Below, piece by piece: positions 27,701 through 42,700 of a stretch of DNA of 64,000 nt. The notes under the pieces were generated by a model. The model was not told the origin of the DNA and made no database searches. It was given only the letters and a program-made list of their open reading frames with translations. Made by a program: the position numbers and the translations under genes. Within the stretch, counting starts at the first letter, position 1, and the number at the start of each line of letters is the position of its first letter. The DNA lies in NCBI RefSeq assembly GCF_044704955.1, contig NC_091995.1, positions 56,606,001-56,670,000 of the forward strand, given 5' to 3'. Source of the DNA: Pristiophorus japonicus. Its lineage: Eukaryota.

Positions 27701-30700
27701 CAACACAGAGCCCTGTAAATAAACCCCGACATAACACAACACAGGGCCCTGTAAATAAACCCTGACACAACACAACACAGAGCCCTGTAAATAAACCCCG
27801 ACACAACACAACACAGAGCCCTGTAAATAAACCCCGACACAACACAGTGCCCTGTAAATAAACCCCAACACATCACAACACAGAGCCCTGTAAATAAACC
27901 CCTACACAACACAGAGCCCTGTAAATAAACCTCCAACACAACACAACACAGGGCCCTGTAAATAAACCCCGACACAACACAGAGCCCTGTAAATAAACAC
28001 CGACACAACACAGAGCCCTGTAAATAAACCCCGACACAACACAACACAGAGCCCTGTAAATAAACCCCGACACAACACAACACAGGGCCCTGTAAATAAA
28101 CCCCGACACAACACAACACAGGGCCCTGTAAATAAACCCCGACACAACACAACACAGGGCCCTGTAAATAAACCCCGACACAACACAACACAGAGCCCTG
28201 TAAATAAACCCCGACACAACACAACACAGAGCCCTGTAAATAAACCACAACACAGCACAACACAGAGCCCTGTAAATAAACCCCAACACAACACAACACA
28301 GAGCCCTGTAAATAAACCCCGACACAACACAACAAAGAGCCCTGTAAATAAACCCCAACACAGCACAACACAGAGCCCTGGAAATAAACCCCGACACAAC
28401 ACAACAAAGAGCCCTGTAAATAAACCCCAACACAACACAACACAGAGCCCTGGAAATAAACCCCGACACAACACAACACAGAGCCCTGTAAATAAACCCC
28501 GACACAACACAGTGCCCTGTAAATAAACCCCAACACAACACAACACAGAGCCCTGTAAATAAACCCCAACACAACACAGGGCCCTGTAAATAAACCCCAA
28601 CACAACACAGAGCCCTGTAAATAAACCCCAACACAACACAACACAGAGCCCTGTAAATAAACCCCGACACAACACAACACAGAGCCCTGTAAATAAACCC
28701 CGACACAACACAACACAGTGCCCTGTAAATAAACCCCAACACAACACAACACAGAGCCCTGTAAATAAACCCCAACACAACACAGGGCCCTGTAAATAAA
28801 CCCCGACACAACACAACACAACACAGAGCCCTGTAAATAAACCCCGACATAACACAACACAGGGCCCTGTAAATAAACCCTGACACAACACAACACAGAG
28901 CCCTGTAAATAAACCCCGACACAACACAACACAGAGCCCTGTAAATAAACCCCGACACAACACAACACAGAGCCCTGTTACTAAACCCCGACACAACACA
29001 ACACAGAGCCCTGTAAATAAACCCCGACACAACACAACACAGAGCCGTGTAAATAAACCCCGACACAACACAACACAGAGCCCTGTAAATAAACCCCAAC
29101 ACAGCACAACACAGAGCCCTGTAAATAAACCCCGACACAACACAACACAGAGCCCTGTAAATAAACCCCGACACAACACAACACATAGCCCTGTAAATAA
29201 ACCCCGACACAACACAGTGCCCTGTAAATAAACCCCAACACATCACAACACAGAGCCCTGTAAATAAACCCCAACACAACACAGAGCCCTGTAAATAAAC
29301 CCCAACACAACACAACACAGGGCCCTGTAAATAAACCCCGACACAACACAGAGCCCTGTAAATAAACACCGACACAACACAGAGCCCTGTAAATAAACCC
29401 CGACACAACACAACACAGAGCCCTGTAAATAAACCCCGACACAACACAACACAGGGCCCTGTAAATAAACCCCGACACAACACAACACAGGGCCCTGTAA
29501 ATAAACCCCGACACAACACAACACAGGGCCCTGTAAATAAACCCCGACACAAGACAACACAGAGCCCTGTAAATAAACCCCGACACAACACAACACAGGG
29601 CCCTGTAAATAAACCCCGACACAACACAACACAGAGCCCTGTAAATAAACCCCGACACAACACAACACAGAGCCCTGGAAATAAACCCCAACACAACACA
29701 ACACAGAGCCCTGTAAATAAACCCCGACACAACACAACACAGAGCCCTGTAAATAAAACCCGACACAACACAACACAGAGACCTGTAAATAAACCCCAAC
29801 ACAACACAACACAGAGCCCTGTAAATAAACCCCAACACAGCACAACACAGAGCCCTGTAAATAAACCCCGACACAACACAACAGAGCCCTGGAAATAAAC
29901 CCCGACACAACACAACACAGAGCCCTGTAAATAAACCCCAACACAACACAACACAGGGCCCGGGAAATAAACCCCAACACAACACAGAGCCCTGTAAATA
30001 AACCCCAACACAACACAGAGTCCTGTAAATAAACCCCAACACAACACAACGCCCTGTAAATAAACCCCGACACAACACAGAGCCCTGTAAATAAACCCCG
30101 ACACAACACAGAGCCCTGTAAATAAACCCCGACACAACACAACACAGAGCCCTGTAAATAAACCCCGACACAACACAACACAGGGCCCTGTAAATAAACC
30201 CCGACACAACACAACACAGGGCCCTGTAAATAAACCCCGACACAAAACAGAGCCCTGTAAATAAACCCCGACACAACACAACACAACACAGAGCCCTATA
30301 AATAAACCCCAACACAACACAACACAGAGCCCTATAAATAAACCCCAACACAACACAGAGCCCTATAAATAAACCCCAACACAACACAGAGCCCTGTAAA
30401 TAAACCCCAACACAACACAACACAACACAGAGCCCTGTAAATAAACCCCAACACAACACAACACAGAGCCCTGTAAATAAACCCTGACAGAACACAACAC
30501 AGTGCCCTATAAATAAACCCCGACACAACACAACACAGCGCCCTGCAAATAAACCCCGACACAACACAACACACGGCCCTGTAAATAAACCCCAACACAA
30601 CACAACACAGAGCCCTGTAAATAAACCCTGACACAACACAACACAGTGCCCTGTAAATAAACCCCGACACAACACAACACAGGGCCCTGTAAATAAACCC

Positions 30701-33700
30701 CGACACAACACAACACAGTGTCCTGTAAATAAACCCCGACACAACACAACACAGAGCCCTGTAAATAAACCCCGACACAACACAACACAGAGCCCTGTAA
30801 ATAAACCCCAACACAACACAACACAGAGCCCTGTAAATAAACCCCGACACAACACAACACAGGGCCCTGTAAATAAACCCCGACACAAAACAGAGCCCTG
30901 TAAATAAACCCCGACACAACACAACACAACACAGAGCCCTGTAAATAAACCCCGACATAACACAACACAGGGCCCTGTAAATAAACCCCGACACAACACA
31001 ACACAGAGCCCTGTAAATAAACCCCGACACAACACAACACAGAGCCCTGTAAATAAACCCCAACACAGCACAACACAGAGCCCTGTAAATAAACCCCGAC
31101 ACAACACAACACAGAGCCCTGTAAATAAACCCCGACACAACACAACACAGAGCCCTGTAAATAAACCCCGACACAACACAGTGCCCTGTAAATAAACCCC
31201 AACACATCACAACACAGAGCCCTGTAAATAAACCCCAACACAACACAGAGCCCTGTAAATAAACCCCAACACAACACAACACAGGGCCCTGTAAATAAAC
31301 CCCGACACAACACAGAGCCCTGTAAATAAACACCGACACAACACAGAGCCCTGTAAATAAACCCCGACACAACACAACACAGAGCCCTGTAAATAAACCC
31401 CGACACAACACAACACAGGGCCCTGTAAATAAACCCCGACACAACACAACACAGGGCCCTGTAAATAAACCCCGACACAACACAACACAGGGCCCTGTAA
31501 ATAAACCCCGACACAAGACAACACAGAGCCCTGTAAATAAACCCCGACACAACACAACACAGGGCCCTGTAAATAAACCCCGACACAACACAACACAGAG
31601 CCCTGTAAATAAACCCCGACACAACACAACACAGAGCCCTGGAAATAAACCCCAACACAACACAACACAGAGCCCTGTAAATAAACCCCGACACAACACA
31701 ACACAGAGCCCTGTAAATAAAACCCGACACAACACAACACAGAGACCTGTAAATAAACCCCAACACAACACAACACAGAGCCCTGTAAATAAACCCCAAC
31801 ACAGCACAACACAGAGCCCTGTAAATAAACCCCGACACAACACAACACAGAGCCCTGGAAATAAACCCCGACACAACACAACACAGAGCCCTGTAAATAA
31901 ACCCCAACACAACACAACACAGAGCCCGGGAAATAAACCCCAACACAACACAGAGCCCTGTAAATAAACCCCGACACAACACAACACAGGGCCCTGTAAA
32001 TAAACCCCGACACAACACAGAGCCCTGTAAATAAACCCCGACACAACACAACACAGAGCCCTGTAAATAAACCCCGACACAACACAACACAGGGCCCTGT
32101 AAATAAACCCCGACACAACACAACACAGGGCCCTGTAAATAAACCCCGACACAAAACAGAGCCCTGTAAATAAACCCCGACACAACACAGAGCCCTATAA
32201 ATAAACCCCAACACAACACAACACAACACAGAGCCCTATAAATAAACCCCAACACAACACAGAGCCCTATAAATAAACCCCAACACAACACAGAGCCCTG
32301 TAAATAAACCCCAACACAACACAACACAACACAGAGCCCTGTAAATAAACCCCAACACAACACAGAGCCCTGTAAATAAATCCCGACACAACACAACACA
32401 CGGCCCTGTAAATAAACCCCAACACAACACAACACAGAGCCCTGTAAATAAACCCTGACACAACACAGCACAGTGCCCTGTAAATAAACCCCGACACAAC
32501 ACAACACAGTGCCCTGTAAATAAACCCCGACACAACACAACACAGGGCCCTGTAAATAAACCCCGACACAACACAACACAGTGTCCTGTAAATAAACCCC
32601 GACACAACACAACACACAGCCCTGTAAATAAACCCCGACACAACACAACACAGAGCCCTGTAAATAAACCCCAACACAACACAACACAGAGCCCTGTAAA
32701 TAAACCCCGACACAACACAACACAGGGCCCTGTAAATAAACCCCGACACAAAACAGAGCCCTGTAAATAAACCCCGACACAACACAACACAACACAGAGC
32801 CCTATAAATAAACCCCAATACAACACAACACAGAGCCCTATAAATAAACCCCAACACAACACAACACAGGGCCCTGTAAATAAACCCCGACACAAAACAG
32901 AGCCCTGTAAATAAACCCCGACACAACACAACACAACACAGAGCCCTATAAATAAACCCCAATACAACACAGAACCCTGTAAATAAACCCCAACACAACA
33001 CAACACAACACAGAGCCCTGTAAATAAACCCCAACACAACACAGAGCCCTGTAAATAAATCCCGACACAACACAACACAGTGCCCTGTAAATAAACCCCA
33101 ACACAACACAACACAGAGCCCTGTAAATAAACCCTGACACAACACAACACAGTGCCCTGCAAATAAACCCCGACACAACACAACACAGTGTCCTGCAAAT
33201 AAACCCCGACACAACACAACACAGAGCCCTGTAAATAAACCCCGACACAACACAACACAGAGCCCTGTAAATAAACCCCAACACAACACAACACAGAGCC
33301 CTGTAAATAAACCCCGACACAACACAACACAGGGCCCTGTAAATAAACCCCAACACAACACAACACAGAGCCCTGTAAATAAACCCCGACACAACACAAC
33401 ACAGAGCCCTATACATAAACCCTGACACAACACAACACAACACAGAGCCCTGTAAATAAACCCTGACACAACACAACGCCCTGTAAATCAACCCCGACAC
33501 AACACAACACAGAGCCCTGGAAATAAACCCCAACACAACACAGAGCCCTGTAAATAAACCCCAACACAACACAACACAGAGCCCTGTAAATAAACCCCAA
33601 CACAACACAACACAGAGCCCTGTAAATAAACCCTGACACAACACAACGCCCTGTAAATCAACCCCGACACAACACAACACAGAGCCCTGGAAATAAACCC

Positions 33701-36700
33701 CGACACAACACAACACAGAGCCCTGTAAATAAACCCCGACACAACACAGTGCCCTGTAAATAAACCCCAACACAACACAGGGCCCTGTAAATAAACCCCG
33801 ACACAACACAACACAACACAGAGCCCTGTAAATAAACCCCGACATAACACAACACAGGGCCCTGTAAATAAACCCCGACACAACACAACACAGAGCCCTG
33901 TAAATAAACCCCGACACAACACAACACAGAGCCCTGTAAATAAACCCCGACACAACACAACACAGAGCCCTGTAAATAAACCCCGACACAACACAGTGCC
34001 CTGTAAATAAACCCCAACACATCACAACACAGAGCCCTGTAAATAAACCCCAACACAACACAGAGCCCTGTAAATAAACCCCAACACAACACAACACAGG
34101 GCCCTGTAGATAAACCCCGACACAACACAGAGCCCTGTAAATAAACCCCGACACAACACAACACAGAGCCCTGTAAATAAACCCCGACACAACACAACAC
34201 AGGGCCCTGTAAATAAACCCCGACACAACACAACACAGGGCCCTGTAAATAAACCCCGACACAACACAACACAGGGCCCTGTAAATAAACCCCGACACAA
34301 GACAACACAGAGCCCTGTAAATAAACCCCGACACAACACAACACAGGGCCCTGTAAATAAACCCCGACACAACACAACACAGAGCCCTGAAAATAAACCC
34401 CAACACAACACAACACAGAGCCCTGTAAATAAACCCCGACACAACACAACACAGAGCCCTGTAAATAAAACCCGACACAACACAACACAGAGACCTGTAA
34501 ATAAACCCCAACACAACACAACACAGGGCCCGGGAAATAAACCCCAACACAACACAGAGCCCTGTAAATAAATCCCAACACAACACAGAGCCCTGTAAAT
34601 AAACCCCAACACAACACAACGCCCTGTAAATAAACCCCGACACAACACAGAGCCCTGTAAATAAACCCCGACACAACACAACACAGGGCCCTGTAAATAA
34701 ACCCCGACACAACACAACACAGAGCCCTGTAAATAAACCCCGACACAACACAACACAGGGCCCTGTAAATAAACCCCGACACAACACAACACAGGGCCCT
34801 GTAAATAAACCCCGACACAAAACAGAGCCCTGTAAATAAACCCCGACACAACACAACACAACACAGAGCCCTATAAATAAACCCCAACACAACACAACAC
34901 AACACAGAGCCCTATAAATAAACCCCAACACAACACAGAGCCCTATAAATAAACCCCAACACAACACAACACAACACAGAGCCGTGTAAATAAACCCCAA
35001 CACAACACAGAGCCCTGTAAATAAATCCCGACACAACACAACACAGTGCCCTGTAAATAAACCCCAACACAACACAACACAGAGCCCTGTAAATAAACCC
35101 TGACAGAACACAACACAGTGCCCTGTAAATAAACCCCGACACAACACAACACAACGCCCTGCAAATAAACCCCGACACAACACAACACACGGCCCTGTAA
35201 ATAAACCCCAACACAACACAACACAGAGCCCTGTAAATAAACCCTGACACAACACAACACAGTGCCCTGTAAATAAACCCCGACACAACACAACACAGGG
35301 CCCTGTAAATAAACCCCGACACAACACAACACAGTGTCCTGTAAATAAACCCCGACACAACACAACACAGAGCCCTGTAAATAAACCCCGACACAACACA
35401 ACACAGGGCCCTGTAAATAAACCCCGACACAAAACAGAGCCCTGTAAATAAACCCCGACACAACACAACACAACACAGAGCCCTGTAAATAAACCCCGAC
35501 ATAACACAACACAGGGCCCTGTAAATAAACCCTGACACAACACAACACAGAGCCCTGTAAATAAACCCCGACACAACACAACACAGAGCCCTGTAAATAA
35601 ACCCCGACACAACACAACACAGAGCCCTGTTAATAAATCCCGACACAACACAACACAGAGCCCTGTAAATAAACCCCGACACAACACAACACAGAGCCCT
35701 GTAAATAAACCCCGACACAACACAACACAGAGCCCTGTAAATAAACCCCAACACAGCACAACACAGAGCCCTGTAAATAAACCCCGACACAACACAACAC
35801 AGAGCCCTGTAAATAAACCCCGACACAACACAGTGCCCTGTAAATAAACCCCAACACATCACAACACAGAGCCCTGTAAATAAACCCCAACACAACACAA
35901 CACAGGGCCCTGTAAATACACCCCGACACAACACAGAGCCCTGTAAATAAACACCGACACAACACAGAGCCCTGTAAATAAACCCCAACACATCACAACA
36001 CAGAGCCCTGTAAATAAACCCCAACACAACACAACACAGAGCCCTGTAAATAAACCCCAACACAACACAACACAGAGCCCTGTAAATAAACCCCGACACA
36101 ACACAACACAGAGCCCTGTAAATAAAACCCGACACAACACAACACAGAGACCTGTAAATAAACCCCAACACAACACAACACAGAGCCCTGTAAATAAACC
36201 CCAACACAGCACAACACAGAGCCCTGTAAATAAGCCCCGACACAACACAACACAGAGCCCTGGAAATAAACCCCGACACAACACAACACAGAGCCCTGTA
36301 AATAAACCCCAACACAACACAACACAGGGCCCGGGAAATAAACCCCAACACAACACAGAGCCCTGTAAATAAACCCCAACACAACACAGAGCCCTGTAAA
36401 TAAACCCCAACACAACACAACGCCCTGTAAATAAACCCCGACACAACACAGAGCCCTGTAAATAAACCCCGACACAACACAGAGCCCTGTAAATAAACCC
36501 CGACACAACACAACACAGAGCCCTGTAAATAAACCCCGACACAACACAACACAGGGCCCTGTAAATAAACCCCGACACAACACAACACAGGGCCCTGTAA
36601 ATAAACCCCGACACAAAACAGAGCCCTGTAAATAAACCCCGACACAACACAACACAACACAGAGCCCTATAAATAAACCCCAACACAACACAACACAACA

Positions 36701-39700
36701 CAGAGCCCTATAAATAAACCCCAACACAACACAGAGCCCTATAAATAAACCCCAACACAACACAGAGCCCTGTAAATAAACCCCAACACAACACAACACA
36801 ACACAGAGCCCTGTAAATAAACCCCAACACAACACAGAGCCCTGTAAATAAATCCCGACACAACACAACACACGGCCCTGTAAATAAACCCCAACACAAC
36901 ACAACACAGAGCCCTGTAAATAAACCCTGACACAACACAACACAGTGCCCTGTAAATAAACCCCGACACAACACAACACAGTGCCCTGTAAATAAACCCC
37001 GACACAACACAACACAGGGCCCTGTAAATAAACCCCGACACAACACAACACAGTGTCCTGTAAATAAACCCCGACACAACACAACACAGAGCCCTGTAAA
37101 TAAACCCCAACACAACACAACACAGAGCCCTGTAAATAAACCCCGACACAACACAACACAGGGCCCTGTAAATAAAACCCGACACAAAACAGAGCCCTGT
37201 AAATAAACCCCGACACAACACAACACAACACAGAGCCCTATAAATAAACCCCAATACAACACAACACAGATCCCTATAAATAAACCCCAACACAACACAG
37301 AGCCCTATAAATAAACCCCAACACAACACAGAGCCCTGTAAATAAACCCCAACACAACACAACACAACACAGAGCCCTGTAAATAAACCCCAACACAACA
37401 CAACACAGTGCCCTGTAAATAAACCCCAACACAACACAACACAGAGCCCTGTAAATAAACCCTGACACAACACAACACAGTGCCCTGTAAATAAACCCCG
37501 ACACAACACAACACAGTGCCCTGTAAATAAACCCCGACACAACACAACACAGAGCCCTGTAAATAAACCCCAACACAACACAACACAGAGCCCTGTAAAT
37601 AAACCCCGACACAACACAACACAGGGCCCTGTAAATAAACCCCAACACAACACAACACAGAGCCCTGTAAATAAACCCCGACACAACACAACACAGAGCC
37701 CTATACAGAAACCCTGACACAACACAACACAACACAGAGCCCTATAAATAAACCCCAACACAACACAACACAGAGCCCTATAAATAAACCCCAACACAAC
37801 ACAGAGCCCTGTAAATAAACCCCAACACAACACAACACAACACAGAGCCCTGTAAATAAACCCCAACACAACACAGAGCCCTGTAAATAAATCCCGACAC
37901 AACACAACACAGTGCCCTGTAAATAAACCCCAACACAACACAACACAGAGCCCTGTAAATAAACCCTGACACAACACAACGCCCTGTAAATAAACCCCGA
38001 CACAACACAACACAGAGCCCTGTAAATAAACCCCAACACAACACAACACAGAGCCCTGTAAATAAACCCCGACACAACACAACACAGAGCCCTGTAAATA
38101 AACCCCGACACAACACAACACAGAGCCCTGTAAATAAACCCCGACACAACACAGTGCCCTGTAAATAAACCCCGACACAACACAGGGCCCTGTAAATAAA
38201 CCCCGACACAACACAACACAACACAGAGCCCTGTAAATAAACCCCGACATAACACAACACAGGGCCCTGTTAATAAACCCCGACACAACACAACACAGAG
38301 CCCTGTAAATAAACCCCGACACAACACAACACAGAGCCCTGTAAATAAACCCCAACACAGCACAACACAGAGCCCTGGAAATAAACCCCGACACAACACA
38401 ACACAGAGCCCTGTAAATAAACCCCGACACAACACAGTGCCCTGCAAATAAACCCCAACACATCACAACACAGAGCCCTGTAAATAAACCCCAACACAAC
38501 ACAGAGCCCTGTAAATAAACCCCAACACAACACAACACAGGGCCCTGTAAATAAACCCCGACACAACACAGAGCCCTGTAAATAAACACCGACACAACAC
38601 AGAGCCCTGTAAATAAACCCCGACACAACACAACACAGGGCCCTGTAAATAAACACCGACACAACACAGAGCCCTGGAAATAAACCCCGACACAACACAA
38701 CACAGGGCCCTGTAAATAAACCCCGACACAACACAACACAGGGCCCTGTAAATAAACCCCGACACAACACAACACAGGGCCCTGTAAATAAACCCCGACA
38801 CAACACAACACAGAGCCCTGTAAATAAAGCCCGACACAACACAACACAGGGCCCTGTAAATAAACCCCGACACAACACAACACTGAGCCCTGTAAATAAA
38901 CCCCGACACAACACAACACAGAGCCCTGTAAATAAACCCCAACACAGCACAACACAGAGCCCTGTAAATAAACCCCGACACAACACAACACTGAGCCCTG
39001 TAAATAAACCCCGACACAACACAACACAGAGCCCTGTAAATAAACCCCGACACAACACAGGGCCCTGGAAATAAACCCCAACACAACACAGAGCCCTGTA
39101 AATAAACCCCAACACAACACAGAGCCCTGTAAATAAACCCCAACACAACACAACACAGAGCCCTGTAAATAAACCCCGACACAACACAGAGCCCTGTAAA
39201 TAAACCCCGACACAACACAACACAGAGCCCTGTAAATAAACCCCGACACAACACAACACAGAGCCCTGTAAATAAACCCCGACACAACACAGGGCCCTGT
39301 AAATAAACCCCGACACAACACAACACAACACAGAGCCCTGTAAATAAACCCCGACATAACACAACACAGGGCCCTGTAAATAAACCCTGACACAACACAA
39401 CACAGAGCCCTGTAAATAAACCCCGACACAACACAACACAGAGCCCTGTAAATAAACCCCGACACAACACAACACAGAGCCCTGTTAATAAACCCCGACA
39501 CAACACAACACAGAGCCCTGTAAATAAACCCCGACACAACACAACACAGAGCCGTGTAAATAAACCCCGACACAACACAACACAGAGCCCTGTAAATAAA
39601 CCCCAACACAGCACAACACAGAGCCCTGTAAATAAACCCCGACACAACACAACACAGAGCCCTGTAAATAAACCCCGACACAACACAACACATAGCCCTG

Positions 39701-42700
39701 TAAATAAACCCCGACACAACACAGTGCCCTGCAAATAAACCCCAACACATCACAACACAGAGCCCTGTAAATAAACCCCAACACAACACAGAGCCCTGTA
39801 AATAAACCCCAACACAACACAACACAGGGCCCTGTAAATAAACCCCGACACAACACAGAGCCCTGTAAATAAACACCGACACAACACAGAGCCCTGTAAA
39901 TAAACCCCGACACAACACAACACAGAGCCCTGTAAATAAACCCCGACACAACACAACACAGGGCCCTGTAAATAAACCCCGACACAACACAACACAGGGC
40001 CCTGTAAATAAACCCCGACACAACACAACACAGGGCCCTGTAAATAAACCCCGACACAAGACAACACAGAGCCCTGTAAATAAACCCCGACACAACACAA
40101 CACAGGGCCCTGTAAATAAACCCCGACACAACACAACACAGAGCCCTGTAAATAAACCCCGACACAACACAACACAGAGCCCTGGAAATAAACCCCAACA
40201 CAACACAACACAGAGCCCTGTAAATAAACCCCGACACAACACAACACAGAGCCCTGTAAATAAAACCCGACACAACACAACACAGAGACCTGTAAATAAA
40301 CCCCAACACAACACAACACAGAGCCCTGTAAATAAACCCCAACACAGCACAACACAGAGCCCTGTAAATAAACCCCGACACAACACAACAGAGCCCTGGA
40401 AATAAACCCCGACACAACACAACACAGAGCCCTGTAAATAAACCCCAACACAACACAACACAGGGCCCGGGAAATAAACCCCAACACAACACAGAGCCCT
40501 GTAAATAAACCCCAACACAACACAGAGCCCTGTAAATAAACCCCAACACAACACAACGCCCTGTAAATAAACCCCGACACAACACAGAGCCCTGTAAATA
40601 AACCCCGACACAACACAACACAGAGCCCTGTAAATAAACCCCGACACAACACAACACAGGGCCCTGTAAATAAACCCCGACACAACACAACACAGGGCCC
40701 TGTAAATAAACCCCGACACAAAACAGAGCCCTGTAAATAAACCCCGACACAACACAACACAACACAGAGCCCTATAAATAAACCCCAACACAACACAACA
40801 CAGAGCCCTATAAATAAACCCCAACACAACACAGAGCCCTATAAATAAACCCCAACACAACACAGAGCCCTGTAAATAAACCCCAACACAACACAACACA
40901 ACACAGAGCCCTGTAAATAAACCCCAACACAACACAGAGCCCTGTAAATAAATCCCGACACAACACAACACAGTGCCCTGTAAATAAACCCCAACACAAC
41001 ACAACACAGAGCCCTGTAAATAAACCCTGACAGAACACAACACAGTGCCCTATAAATAAACCCCGACACAACACAACACAACGCCCTGCAAATAAACCCC
41101 GACACAACACAACACACGGCCCTGTAAATAAACCCCAACACAACACAACACAGAGCCCTGTAAATAAACCCTGACACAACACAACACAGTGCCCTGTAAA
41201 TAAACCCCGACACAACACAACACAGGGCCCTGTAAATAAACCCCGACACAACACAACACAGTGTCCTGTAAATAAACCCCGACACAACACAACACAGAGC
41301 CCTGTAAATAAACCCCAACACAACACAACACAGAGCCCTGTAAATAAACCCCGACACAACACAACACAGGGCCCTGTAAATAAACCCCGACACAAAACAG
41401 AGCCCTGTAAATAAACCCCGACACAACACAACACAACACAGAGCCCTGTAAATAAACCCCGACATAACACAACACAGGGCCCTGTAAATAAACCCCGACA
41501 CAACACAACACAGAGCCCTGTAAATAAACCCCGACACAACACAACACAGAGCCCTGTAAATAAACCCCAACACAGCACAACACAGAGCCCTGTAAATAAA
41601 CCCCGACACAACACAACACAGAGCCCTGTAAATAAACCCCGACACAACACAACACAGAGCCCTGTAAATAAACCCCGACACAACACAGTGCCCTGTAAAT
41701 AAACCCCAACACATCACAACACAGAGCCCTGTAAATAAACCCCAACACAACACAGAGCCCTGTAAATAAACCCCAACACAACACAACACAGGGCCCTGTA
41801 AATAAACCCCGACACAACACAGAGCCCTGTAAATAAACACCGACACAACACAGAGCCCTGTAAATAAACCCCGACACAACACAACACAGAGCCCTGTAAA
41901 TAAACCCCAACACAGCACAACACAGAGCCCTGTAAATAAACCCCGACACAACACAACACAGAGCCCTGGAAATAAACCCCGACACAACACAACACAGAGC
42001 CCTGTAAATAAACCCCAACACAACACAACACAGAACCCGGGAAATAAACCCCAACACAACACAGAGCCCTGTAAATAAACCCCGACACAACACAACACAG
42101 GGCCCTGTAAATAAACCCCGACACAACACAGAGCCCTGTAAATAAACCCCGGCACAACACAACACAGAGCCCTGTAAATAAACCCCGACACAACACAACA
42201 CAGGGCCCTGTAAATAAACCCCGACACAACACAACACAGGGCCCTGTAAATAAACCCCGACACAAAACAGAGCCCTGTAAATAAACCCCGACACAACACA
42301 GAGCCCTATAAATAAACCCCAACACAACACAGAGCCCTATAAATAAACCCCAACACAACACAGAGCCCTGTAAATAAACCCCAACACAACACAACACAAC
42401 ACAGAGCCCTGTAAATAAACCCCAACACAACACAGAGCCCTGTAAATAAATCCCGACACAACACAACACACGGCCCTGTAAATAAACCCCAACACAACAC
42501 AACACAGAGCCCTGTAAATAAACCCTGACACAACACAGCACAGTGCCCTGTAAATAAACCCCGACACAACACAACACAGTGCCCTGTAAATAAACCCCGA
42601 CACAACACAACACAGGGCCCTGTAAATAAACCCCGACACAACACAACACAGTGTCCTGTAAATAAACCCCGACACAACACAACACACAGCCCTGTAAATA